From: Lachnospiraceae bacterium XBB1006
GTDB lineage: Bacteria > Bacillota > Clostridia > Lachnospirales > Lachnospiraceae
DNA length: 24,000 nucleotides
NCBI GenBank assembly: GCA_900115795.1
Contig: FOXT01000004.1
Location: 319,616-343,615 of the forward strand
Reading direction: 5' to 3'
Position 1 is the first letter of the stretch, and each line of letters begins with the position of its first letter. Shown here piece after piece: positions 16,834-24,000 of this stretch. The translations under genes were made by a program, and so were the position numbers. The notes beneath the pieces are model-generated. The model made no database searches, was not told where the DNA came from, and worked only from the letters and a program-made list of their open reading frames with translations.

Positions 16834-16872
16834 AAAAAATCGAGCGCGAGAACCCCGCAAGGAGTTCTCCGC
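16834..16872 (-). terminator. Intra-operon intrinsic terminator/attenuator between prdB and the PrdE/D-like gene
   Basis: Minus strand: GCGGAGAACTCC-TTGC-GGGGTTCTC(G)CGC, about 12 bp and GC-rich with a tetraloop, followed by TCGATTTTTTGCA. It lies 20 nt after the prdB stop and about 25 nt before the next RBS. Confidence 0.6.
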
Positions 16873-16891
16873 CCGAAATTTTATCATTACC

Positions 16892-17614
16892 TTATACGTT
16901 ATGTCTGTACTCGTACGGTAATACCTTTGTCTGGTTGTAGCTTGGGCAATCACGAACCCACTCAAGAGATTCTTTGATGATTGCTGTCTGCATGGCTTTA
17001 TTGTTTGGCTCACCGGCATTGGATCCGATTGGCACATGTGGTGCTGTGATACGAGGTGCACCCTGCTGTCTTGCGATTGGAGGTAAAGCAGCGATAACTA
17101 CGCAGCTCATACCAGCTTCTTCACAGCAACGGGTTACGATGGTTGCAGAACGATGACAGGTTCCACATCCTCCGGTACAAAGAACGATATCAACGCCTTG
17201 TGCTTTTAATTTCTTAGCAATTTCCGGACCGGTTTCGTTGGTGAACTTCTCAACATTTCCGCCGCCACCCATGAAGGTGTAGGTTTCATCGGAAAGAGAA
17301 CCAATGAATCCCTCGTCTACCAATTCATGAAGACGATCGATTGGGAACATTGCATTTACGTCCTTGTTGATATCGGAGTTATCAAATCCACCATGTGTAA
17401 CCATCAAATTATCGGATGGAGTATTAAACTCGATGGTACGATAGGAGAAATCTCCGGATGTGTTAAATGGTGTCTGATCTTTTTTATGAATACCACCAGC
17501 AGTGATAAAAGCAACTTTACACTCGCTTAATGGTTTCTTTAATTCTGTAAATACCGGCTTTGGTACAACCGGTACAAAAATTTCGGATTGCATTCCTTCT
17601 TTGGTTGTAAGCAT
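16892..17614 (-). CDS. prdB: D-proline reductase subunit PrdB, Cys-containing (non-selenoprotein) form
   Basis: The 240-aa product matches PrdB throughout as I recall it (EIFVP..., MVTHGGFDNSDINKD.N.MFPIDRLHEL, FMGGGGN, IAALPP..R..G.PR...P.VP.G.NAGEPNN). The redox motif reads CTGGCGTCHRS, with TGT (17165-17167) where PrdB selenoproteins carry UGA. Confidence 0.88.
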   Translation of the reverse strand: MLTTKEGMQSEIFVPVVPKPVFTELKKPLSECKVAFITAGGIHKKDQTPFNTSGDFSYRTIEFNTPSDNLMVTHGGFDNSDINKDVNAMFPIDRLHELVDEGFIGSLSDETYTFMGGGGNVEKFTNETGPEIAKKLKAQGVDIVLCTGGCGTCHRSATIVTRCCEEAGMSCVVIAALPPIARQQGAPRITAPHVPIGSNAGEPNNKAMQTAIIKESLEWVRDCPSYNQTKVLPYEYRHNV

Positions 17615-17627
17615 TTATGTATCCTCC

Positions 17628-18068
17628 TTAAATTGACTCTACTGGAATGTCGCGTTTTCCTACGGCATTCATACAACTGAAATAAAACTGAACGTCCTGT
17701 CCAACTTCTAATGCCACCGGCGTAAACATCCATCGACGCGGAACCGCAATGGTTCCCATGTCGTTCATAATGGCAATTTTCGCAGCCGTGTCGTTTACTT
17801 CAATTATTTTTCCACCCAACAAGCATGGGCTGATTTCATGGCTTGTCACCATATCGCCACTATCGTAGTCATATGGATTTTCCATCACTTCGATATAGCT
17901 AAAGTAAAATTCCATCTCCGTACCCGGTTCTATTGGTTCATCGAATTTTATCAGTTTCTCAGGTACGCAAATTACTCCGAGTCGACCGTGCAGATGGACT
18001 TTAATCATGCCATTCGATACCTCTTTTACCAGGCCGCCCATTTTGATTGGGTTAATCATATATTCCAT
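17628..18068 (-). CDS. Small prd-operon protein with two tandem homologous domains (probably the CBO2463/CBO2479-domain family found between prdA and prdB)
   Basis: 146 aa. Its ATG overlaps the prdA stop (TAATG at 18070-18066). Two roughly 55-aa repeats are visible (GGLVKEV...GVICVP...GTEMEFYFS and GGKIIEV...GTIAVP...GQDVQFYFS). The family name is from memory. Confidence 0.6.
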   Translation of the reverse strand: MEYMINPIKMGGLVKEVSNGMIKVHLHGRLGVICVPEKLIKFDEPIEPGTEMEFYFSYIEVMENPYDYDSGDMVTSHEISPCLLGGKIIEVNDTAAKIAIMNDMGTIAVPRRWMFTPVALEVGQDVQFYFSCMNAVGKRDIPVESI

Positions 18069-19876
18069 TAGTGTAAGGTTCCGTTATCCAATAATACTGT
18101 TTCCGGAAGTCCTAATAACTTGTTATTTGCATTGATAACATCGTTATTCCATTTCTTTTCAGCTGGTTTGATTTCTACACCTGCCATCTTGTTCTTCAAC
18201 ATCTGAATTGCACGGGCTGCAACCTCTTTTGTTACACAAGAACATCCTGCAACGTTATTCTCAAATCCACCCTTATCCATATTTTCTTCTACCATGGCAG
18301 TTGCATACTTGTTTCCAACTACAAGCTGTCCCTGGTAAGCACAGAAGGATACACCAACAACCGGGATACCACGTTTTCCAGCCTGTCCAATGTGCTGTAC
18401 AAAATCGATATGGTTATTTCCAAATCCTTCGGTTGTAATGATACATCCATCGATATCAAGAGACTCAAGTAAGAATCCAAGTCTTTCGGATACCCATAAT
18501 TTTTCATCATTTACCTGTGGGCTTCCTACACATACAACACCGATTAAGTCAAGTTCGGAATCTGCTGCAAGTCCTTCTACGAGCGGCTCACGAATATAAT
18601 GACGGGTCATTTCTTTTGTAGCCGGTCCAATACAGGTTAAAGCATGGATAGAACCGTCTCTTACCTGGTTTGGTGTTAACATAATTGGCACGTTTCCGCA
18701 GTCAACGTTCTTCTGTCCACCAAGGATTCCACATGGCTCATTCGGGCAGATTACGTTATCATGCATAGCACCCTGTCCCATGATTTCTTTTACTAATACA
18801 ACACGTGGGTTACCTGCTCTACGTACGTCTTCACATACTTCTTCACGAACAACTTCACCTTCGTAATTCTTTAATACTTCACGAATTGCCTGGATGATGT
18901 AATCCTGACATTTGTGTGCTGCAAATGGGCCAGGTCTGGTCATACCGGTTAATCTTTCGATTACCGCATGGCAACGAATAATAATATCGTTTTCATCTGC
19001 ACATCCCGGATGTCCAAAATACATCTTCTCATCTAAGTATCCTTCAGATGATCCAAACTCATGTACCTGTACGCCGTCTTCATCAACACCTGTTAACATG
19101 AATACAACACCATCAAGTACTTTGGTTACACCTTCACCAAGCTCTCCCTCTACTTTTGTAGCGATTGGGCAAACGTCCATAATGGTTTCTGTGTAAATGT
19201 GTCTCTTGTCCGGATAGATTACATCAAGCTCTAAGGATTTACATAATGCGTCTTCCAAAACCGCTTTATCTGTCAACTTCTTGTCGATAGTTAATTTTCC
19301 ATCTTTCAAAGATGTTTCGTTTCCGATTTCTACGTCGGTAATCTTAATATGTTTTTTCAGTAATGTACGAATTACTTTCTTTTCTCCTGTTGGTAATGCT
19401 TTTTCTGCAGTTGTTGCTTCTGCAGGCATTCCCTCTGTGCAAACTGCACCATTTACTGCTCCAACCGGAACATCCAGTCTTAAGCCCTCAATCTTATCGG
19501 CTTTATCAATTTCAATATGAATCATGCCATTTCCTCCTACGGTTGTCTTAACCTTTGGTGCAATCACATTCTTTGGTGTGCTTGCAACTTCCGGTGCTGC
19601 CTGTTTTGGTGCTGCCTCGGTTTCATTTACCTTATCAAGCACTTCTCTGGTAATTGGTGTTAACGCCTCAACGTCTGTCAAAAGCGTACTTCCAAGTACC
19701 TGTTCAATCTTAAGTCCATCTGGACTTAATGTAAGAAGACCAGCCTCTACCATATCATCAAAAAGACTTGGATCTTCTAAGTCTGCAGCACTGATAACCA
19801 ATCCTTTTTCTCTTCTGCAGCAGAAAATTGCAGGATCTTTCAAGTGCTGTTGTAATGTCTCATTTGTAATTGACAT
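18068..19876 (-). CDS. prdA: D-proline reductase proprotein PrdA (pyruvoyl enzyme precursor)
   Basis: The N-terminus MSITNETLQQHLKDPAIFCCR resembles C. sticklandii/C. difficile PrdA. Has the conserved EGELGEG core. The putative self-cleavage site ...DGSIHALT|CIGPATKE has Cys415 (TGT, 18632-18634), leaving a 188-aa alpha fragment. Confidence 0.9.
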   Translation of the reverse strand: MSITNETLQQHLKDPAIFCCRREKGLVISAADLEDPSLFDDMVEAGLLTLSPDGLKIEQVLGSTLLTDVEALTPITREVLDKVNETEAAPKQAAPEVASTPKNVIAPKVKTTVGGNGMIHIEIDKADKIEGLRLDVPVGAVNGAVCTEGMPAEATTAEKALPTGEKKVIRTLLKKHIKITDVEIGNETSLKDGKLTIDKKLTDKAVLEDALCKSLELDVIYPDKRHIYTETIMDVCPIATKVEGELGEGVTKVLDGVVFMLTGVDEDGVQVHEFGSSEGYLDEKMYFGHPGCADENDIIIRCHAVIERLTGMTRPGPFAAHKCQDYIIQAIREVLKNYEGEVVREEVCEDVRRAGNPRVVLVKEIMGQGAMHDNVICPNEPCGILGGQKNVDCGNVPIMLTPNQVRDGSIHALTCIGPATKEMTRHYIREPLVEGLAADSELDLIGVVCVGSPQVNDEKLWVSERLGFLLESLDIDGCIITTEGFGNNHIDFVQHIGQAGKRGIPVVGVSFCAYQGQLVVGNKYATAMVEENMDKGGFENNVAGCSCVTKEVAARAIQMLKNKMAGVEIKPAEKKWNNDVINANNKLLGLPETVLLDNGTLH

Positions 19877-19895
19877 CCCTTTTTCCTCCTTTTTT

Positions 19896-21203
19896 TTATT
19901 TTTTTATTGCTCTAACGATTTTGTGGTTCACTGCACGCAACGCGCCATCTGTGCAGTGATAAACCGGTAATCCCATTTTTGGAGCGCAAGACATAACGGT
20001 GTTGGAACAATCTGTACAATTTCCAATCAAAACTGCCTGTGCACCGGCTTTCTTCAATGCCATGACCTTCTGTACCTGACCCGGGCATCTTCCCGGATTC
20101 TCGCATTTCAAGTTTCCATTTACTTCCTTTGCCTGCTTACAGCATTCAACTCCTACAACCTTTGAACCAAGGCTTTCTGCCAACTGATGCATACGCTCTT
20201 TGTTTGCACCGCAAGCACAAACCAAAAGTCCAATTTTTTCCGGTCCTTTCGGGAAACATTCTGCAGCAATTAAGCCTCCGGTTGTCTTCACAACCACATC
20301 TTCCATGGTCGTTCTCTTTCCGGTAAACGGTCCACCCATAATAAGTTCGCCGCAATCCGGATTAACGCCCCCTGCACGGTCAAACATGGTTTGCACCGGT
20401 GTTCCAATTGCTACATCCATGAAAACCTGTACCAACTTATCCTGCGCATTTCCGGCAATTTTACCACCCACGGTCATATCCTTGTCGATCAACGGTTTCT
20501 TCTCATCTACCGCTTCTGCTATTCTACATGCCGTTTCTGCATTGATTACAATGGCATTTGCCTCAAGCGGAAGTGCCGTTACCGGCAAAACCTCACCAAA
20601 TACTTCACGAATAATCGCACGCTCTTCCCCCATTGGATACATATCAATTAATGGAACAATTCGCATTCCTTTATAATTTCCAAGGATTTTTCTCAACGCA
20701 TCGATTGCTTCCTTATGGTACTCTTTGATGGCCACCACGCCGTTTGTTGCCCCCGCTACTTCCATAGCAATTTCAAGTCCACGTAAGAGCTGTTCCGGTC
20801 TTTTCTCTATACGCGCAATATTATGAGAAAGAATCGGTTCGCACTCCGCTGCATTGATAATAACGGTTCCTTTTTCGCCTAATGGTTTTGAAAACTTTGC
20901 ATACGTCGGGAATCCCGCGCCACCAAGTCCAACCAAACCCGCCTCTTCAATCAGCTCAAGCGGTTTCTTCTTTTTCAGCTTTACATAGCCGGCACTCTGC
21001 TTTTCATCCGGGTCCACAACAATTTCTGTTTCATTCACAGAAACAACGGTACCTGCGATACTGGAAAAAATATTGGCCCCCAAGCCATCCTGCGGCTTTG
21101 CCGCTATCATCTCTCCACGTTTCACCTTTGCTCCGGTCTGTATTACAGCAACCGACGGCTTTCCTATACACTGTTTCAGAGGAAAACGGTAAAGTTCTGA
21201 CAT
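19896..21203 (-). CDS. prdC: Proline reductase-associated electron transfer protein PrdC (RnfC-like)
   Basis: 435 aa. RnfC/NuoF-like LVGLGGAGFPTYAKF...IINAAECEPIL region, Cys-rich C-terminus, located directly upstream of prdA. GGAGGAG lies 6 nt upstream of the ATG. Confidence 0.85.
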   Translation of the reverse strand: MSELYRFPLKQCIGKPSVAVIQTGAKVKRGEMIAAKPQDGLGANIFSSIAGTVVSVNETEIVVDPDEKQSAGYVKLKKKKPLELIEEAGLVGLGGAGFPTYAKFSKPLGEKGTVIINAAECEPILSHNIARIEKRPEQLLRGLEIAMEVAGATNGVVAIKEYHKEAIDALRKILGNYKGMRIVPLIDMYPMGEERAIIREVFGEVLPVTALPLEANAIVINAETACRIAEAVDEKKPLIDKDMTVGGKIAGNAQDKLVQVFMDVAIGTPVQTMFDRAGGVNPDCGELIMGGPFTGKRTTMEDVVVKTTGGLIAAECFPKGPEKIGLLVCACGANKERMHQLAESLGSKVVGVECCKQAKEVNGNLKCENPGRCPGQVQKVMALKKAGAQAVLIGNCTDCSNTVMSCAPKMGLPVYHCTDGALRAVNHKIVRAIKK

Positions 21204-21249
21204 CTTTTTCTCCTCCTTTCCGAAATGTATTCATTTCACTTGCATTTAG

Positions 21250-21278
21250 AGTATAACTTGGTGTAAGATATTTGAAAA
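21250..21278 (-). promoter_or_regulatory. Candidate sigma-A promoter for prdC
   Basis: Minus strand: TTTTCA (21278-21273), 17 nt, TATACT (21255-21250). This would give a leader of about 40 nt containing the palindrome GAAATG-N4-CATTTC (21222-21237). Confidence 0.3.
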
Positions 21279-21328
21279 GCGACATTTTTTTCATTCAGAT
21301 ATGTCAAAAATTACTATCAGGAGTTTTT

Positions 21329-22207
21329 ATGGATAATCTAGTTAAATACAAATTGTTTTCTATTACCGCCCAAACCGGTAATATTTCCAAAACTGCAGAA
21401 ATGACAGGCTATACCCAATCCGGGGTCAGTCACACCCTCAAGCGCTTAGAAGAGGAAGTAAATATGCAGCTATTTATTCGAGACCGCTATGGTGTGCGTC
21501 TTACTCCGGTGGGGAAAGAATTTCTACGCTATGTAAACAGTCTCCTCTCCGAAGAGGAAAAATTACGCCAATTCGTTTACGATACCAATGGCATCGAATA
21601 TGGCACACTAACCATCGGCACCTATACCAGTATCTGTACCCATCTACTTCCTACGTTGTTAAATGACTTCCACGAGGACCATCCCGGCATTCAGATTAAG
21701 CTTCGAGAAGGTGGAATCAAAGAATTGGAGAATTGGCTAAATCGCCGGGAAGTTGACATGATTTTTTGCAGTCGGCAGGACAATGCCAATTATTCCTTTC
21801 ATCCGTTGAAGAAAGACGCATTCATGGCCGTATTGCCGAAAGATTATGAGATTGAAAAGGATACGTTTCCCATTGTTTCCTTCCAGAATACCCCCTCGAT
21901 TCTCCCGGAAGCAGAAGTGGATTCTGACATCTATACACTATTAAAGGAGCAGCATGTCACTCCGCAGATTCGTTACACCGCCAAGGAAAACCTTACCATC
22001 CTTGCAATGGTGGATAAACACTTGGGTATCTCCATAATCCCTGCTCTGGCACTTGAGAATTCCCCCTGGGATATCCATGCACTGCCACTTCACCCTCCTT
22101 ACGCCAGGGAACTTGGAATCGGCTATTTGGACGATGAAAGCCTTTCTCCCATCGGGAAAAAATTTCTTTGGTTTGTACAGGAATATTTTCCCTGCAAAGA
22201 AGAATAA
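21329..22207 (+). CDS. LysR-family transcriptional regulator, divergent from the prd operon
   Basis: MDNLVKYKLFSITAQTGNISKTAEMTGYTQSGVSHTLKRLEEE is a LysR-type HTH, followed by a substrate-binding domain. I place the start at ATG 21329 (CAGGAG 5 nt upstream) rather than TTG 21272. Confidence 0.88.
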   Translation: MDNLVKYKLFSITAQTGNISKTAEMTGYTQSGVSHTLKRLEEEVNMQLFIRDRYGVRLTPVGKEFLRYVNSLLSEEEKLRQFVYDTNGIEYGTLTIGTYTSICTHLLPTLLNDFHEDHPGIQIKLREGGIKELENWLNRREVDMIFCSRQDNANYSFHPLKKDAFMAVLPKDYEIEKDTFPIVSFQNTPSILPEAEVDSDIYTLLKEQHVTPQIRYTAKENLTILAMVDKHLGISIIPALALENSPWDIHALPLHPPYARELGIGYLDDESLSPIGKKFLWFVQEYFPCKEE

Positions 22208-22231
22208 TACACGGCAAAATTGGGCATCCTA
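22202..22231 (+). promoter_or_regulatory. Forespore-type (sigma-G/sigma-F-like) promoter candidate for sigG
   Basis: GAATA (22202-22206), 18 nt, CATCCTA (22225-22231). This fits the B. subtilis sigma-G consensus GHATR-N18-CATXHTA as I recall it. The -35 overlaps the LysR stop codon. Confidence 0.4.
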
Positions 22232-22263
22232 TTTTCAAAGAATCGAAAAGGGGATGTCTTTTT
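22222..22263 (+). terminator. Hairpin plus T5 after the LysR gene whose 3' arm contains the sigG Shine-Dalgarno
   Basis: GGGCATCC-TA-TTTTC (22222-22236) pairs with GAAAA-GG-GGATGTC (22245-22258), one G-U pair, 8-nt loop. This is followed by TTTTT and then the sigG ATG at 22264. Confidence 0.5.
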
Positions 22264-23037
22264 ATGTCAGTATATAAAGTTGATCTCTGTGGCGTAAACA
22301 CTGCCACCTTACCCCTATTGAATGATGACGAAAAAAAGGTACTATTCGATAAAATCAAAGACGGCGACACCGAAGCAAAAGAAACTTACATTCGAGGAAA
22401 TCTACGATTGGTACTCAGTGTCATCAAACGCTTTTCCTCTTCCGGTGAAAACGCAGATGATTTATTTCAAATTGGTTGCATTGGGCTTCTAAAATCCATC
22501 AATAATTTCGACCCTACCTTAGGCGTTAAATTTTCAACCTATGCCGTTCCCATGATTATTGGGGAAATTCGACGTTATTTACGAGATAATAATACAATTC
22601 GCGTTAGCCGCTCTCTAAAGGATCGCGCCTACAAAATCATGGTTGCCAAAGAGGCTTTTCGTAAAGAACATCAAAAAGAACCTACCTTTGCCGAACTTTC
22701 TTCCCTCACAGGCTTTACCGAAGATGAAATTCTTTACTGCCTCGATGCCATGCAAAATCCTCTAAGCCTCTACGACCCCGTTTATAACGATGGGGACGAT
22801 ACCCTCTACGTCATGGACCAGGTACGCGACAAAAAGAATACGGAAGATCACTGGCTGTTAAACCTATCGCTAAAAGAGGCACTTGAACAATTAAATGATC
22901 GTCAGCAGGATATTATAACCAAGCGCTTTTTGCAAGGAAAGACCCAGATGGAAGTTGCCGAAGAAATTCATATTTCTCAGGCACAAGTATCCCGCCTCGA
23001 AAAGAGTGCATTAAAAAGCATGAGAGCCCATCTTTAG
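22264..23037 (+). CDS. sigG: Sporulation sigma factor SigG (forespore, late)
   Basis: [20 protein letters not shown]...[13 protein letters not shown]...[31 protein letters not shown]...[23 protein letters not shown] is nearly collinear with B. subtilis SigG. Start at ATG 22264, not 22168. Confidence 0.9.
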   Translation: MSVYKVDLCGVNTATLPLLNDDEKKVLFDKIKDGDTEAKETYIRGNLRLVLSVIKRFSSSGENADDLFQIGCIGLLKSINNFDPTLGVKFSTYAVPMIIGEIRRYLRDNNTIRVSRSLKDRAYKIMVAKEAFRKEHQKEPTFAELSSLTGFTEDEILYCLDAMQNPLSLYDPVYNDGDDTLYVMDQVRDKKNTEDHWLLNLSLKEALEQLNDRQQDIITKRFLQGKTQMEVAEEIHISQAQVSRLEKSALKSMRAHL

Positions 23038-23753
23038 CTCTCATGCTTCACCATATCCTTATGCAATTGCCGTATGATTCGCTTTTCAATGCGCGAAATA
23101 TAGGATTGCGAAATTCCTAACTCATCTGCAACCTCTTTTTGCGTTCGCGGTTCTTTTCCGGTTAATCCATAACGCAATTCAATGATAAACCGTTCTCTTT
23201 TGTTCAAGTTGTGAAGCGCTTCATTCAAAAGGGTTCGTTCTGCTTCCTGCTCCATCCCTTTTTCCACTACATCCTCACCGGTTCCCAGTATATCAGACAA
23301 AAGAAGCTCATTTCCATCCCAATCTACATTTAGCGGTTCATCAATGGATACCTCCAACTTATGTTTACTCGCTCTTCTTAAATACATCAAAATCTCGTTT
23401 TCAATGCAGCGTGAAGCATAGGTAGCCAGTTTAATCTGTTTTTCCGGATTATAGGTATCGACCGCCTTCATAAGACCAATGGTGCCAATAGATATCAAAT
23501 CCTCTACCCCAATTCCGGTGTTATCAAATTTCTTGGCTATGTAAACCACCAACCGTAAATTATGTTCAATCAGACAGATTTTCGCATCCGGATCCTTTTT
23601 TTCGTAAAGCAATCGAATGCAATCCGCTTCTTTTCTCGCGTCCAACGGCGGTGGCAGTACCTCTGCACCCCCAATATAGTGAATCTGTGCCTGTCGCTTA
23701 ATAAACAGTCCCCGTATCTTTGGTAAAACACTTCTTGCTACGATTTTTTGCAT
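23034..23753 (-). CDS. sigE: Sporulation sigma factor SigE (pro-sigma-E, mother cell, early)
   Basis: ...[12 protein letters not shown]...[13 protein letters not shown]...[20 protein letters not shown]...[23 protein letters not shown]...[15 protein letters not shown] match B. subtilis SigE, including an N-terminal pro-sequence. Start at ATG 23753 (AGGAGGAG upstream). Confidence 0.9.
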   Translation of the reverse strand: MQKIVARSVLPKIRGLFIKRQAQIHYIGGAEVLPPPLDARKEADCIRLLYEKKDPDAKICLIEHNLRLVVYIAKKFDNTGIGVEDLISIGTIGLMKAVDTYNPEKQIKLATYASRCIENEILMYLRRASKHKLEVSIDEPLNVDWDGNELLLSDILGTGEDVVEKGMEQEAERTLLNEALHNLNKRERFIIELRYGLTGKEPRTQKEVADELGISQSYISRIEKRIIRQLHKDMVKHES

Positions 23754-23776
23754 AATTACTCCTCCTAACATTCTTT

Positions 23777-24000
23777 CTATCCTGTATGCACATGCTTTTG
23801 ATGCAATAAAACCCGACAGGCCGGCTCCTTGAATGTCCATCGCTTGCTAATGCCAATCCTCGGTTTCGGATATGTATACCACTGCCCATTTACATAAACC
23901 GATACCCCATCCACCTTAATGGTATCCATTACCTCATTTGCAGCCATCGTGGTAAAACATACCGGATACTTTGGTTTTTTATAAATCTGCAAAATCGGTT
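23777..24000 (-). CDS. spoIIGA: Sigma-E processing peptidase SpoIIGA, C-terminal end (5' part outside window)
   Basis: The reading frame is open to the right edge, ends 23 nt upstream of sigE, and its tail (...RIGIS...[11 protein letters not shown]) resembles the SpoIIGA C-terminus. Synteny with sigE supports the call. Confidence 0.6.
   Translation of the reverse strand, partial: PILQIYKKPKYPVCFTTMAANEVMDTIKVDGVSVYVNGQWYTYPKPRIGISKRWTFKEPACRVLLHQKHVHTG

Noticed and set aside
15610-17061. 483-aa ORF-track call extending the PrdE/D-like gene 252 nt upstream into prdB
   Set aside because: The extra 84 codons overlap the prdB 3' end in another frame and cross a strong terminator hairpin. They encode a low-complexity basic peptide. 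A canonical AGGAGG-N6-ATG start exists at 16809, exactly where homology to PrdA alpha begins.
17100-17167. Possible fossil SECIS element downstream of the Cys150 codon in prdB (GCAAC-N11-GTTGC about 18 nt downstream)
   Set aside because: The stem is only 5 bp, and its spacing and loop do not match bacterial SECIS features. It cannot be distinguished from chance without comparison to Sec-type prdB genes.
1215-20676. Many 60-170-aa ORFs antisense to or overlapping the large genes (e.g. 1215-1586, 3333-3836, 6585-6980, 8820-9215, 10764-11090, 15135-15554, 19524-19970, 20200-20676)
   Set aside because: These are shadow ORFs inside confidently assigned genes. They have low-complexity or Cys/Ser/Phe-rich composition, no RBS and no recognisable motifs.
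21204-21328. Sigma-54 (-24/-12) promoter upstream of prdC, as in C. difficile
   Set aside because: No TGGCAC-N5-TTGC-like element on the minus strand. The only TTGCAT is on the plus strand and lacks a GG -24 element.
21993-22370. 125-aa minus-strand ORF bridging the LysR 3' end and the sigG 5' end
   Set aside because: It is antisense to two well-supported genes and has no RBS or motif.
1-24000. Scan for CRISPR arrays, IS or transposase genes, integrases, toxin-antitoxin or other defence modules, tRNA or rRNA genes
   Set aside because: None seen. There are no long repeats, no recombinase-like ORFs and no cloverleaf-like segments in the short intergenic regions. The novelty here lies in enzyme variants and gene arrangement rather than a mobile or defence system.

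Overview
Chromosomal window from an anaerobic, spore-forming Firmicute with Clostridia-type gene content. Nearly all genes are on the minus strand and tightly packed. I saw no tRNA or rRNA genes, CRISPR arrays, IS elements, phage genes or defence genes. Left to right: a truncated ABC exporter; the split L-serine dehydratase genes sdaAB-sdaAA; argS; a DapF-family gene; and a small acidic ORF, these last three behind one near-consensus sigma-A promoter. Next come the [FeFe]-hydrogenase maturation operon (TM1266-type regulator, hydE, hydG, hydF); a secreted acidic protein with an SPKTG sortase signal; and an AlkD-like DNA alkylation repair gene. These are followed by an amino-acid-binding lipoprotein plus a hybrid Cache/HisKA/REC/HPt kinase. 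A D-proline-reductase-type operon (prdC, prdA, a small duplicated-domain ORF, prdB, a fused PrdE/PrdD-like gene) has a divergent LysR regulator. The window ends with the sporulation sigma locus (sigG, sigE, spoIIGA 3' end). Most unusual points: (1) the prd operon has no in-frame UGA (Cys at the PrdB Sec position), no adjacent PrdR or PrdF, and ends in a circularly permuted PrdA paralogue whose termini coincide with the PrdA self-cleavage site. (2) The DapF homologue has both catalytic cysteines replaced (Thr and Ser). (3) sigG is inverted relative to spoIIGA-sigE, so sigG and sigE converge and overlap by 4 nt. (4) Several leader or terminator hairpins suggest attenuation or RBS occlusion (hyd leader, prdB/prdED junction, sigG leader). 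All functional calls rest on motif recognition by eye; no database search was run.
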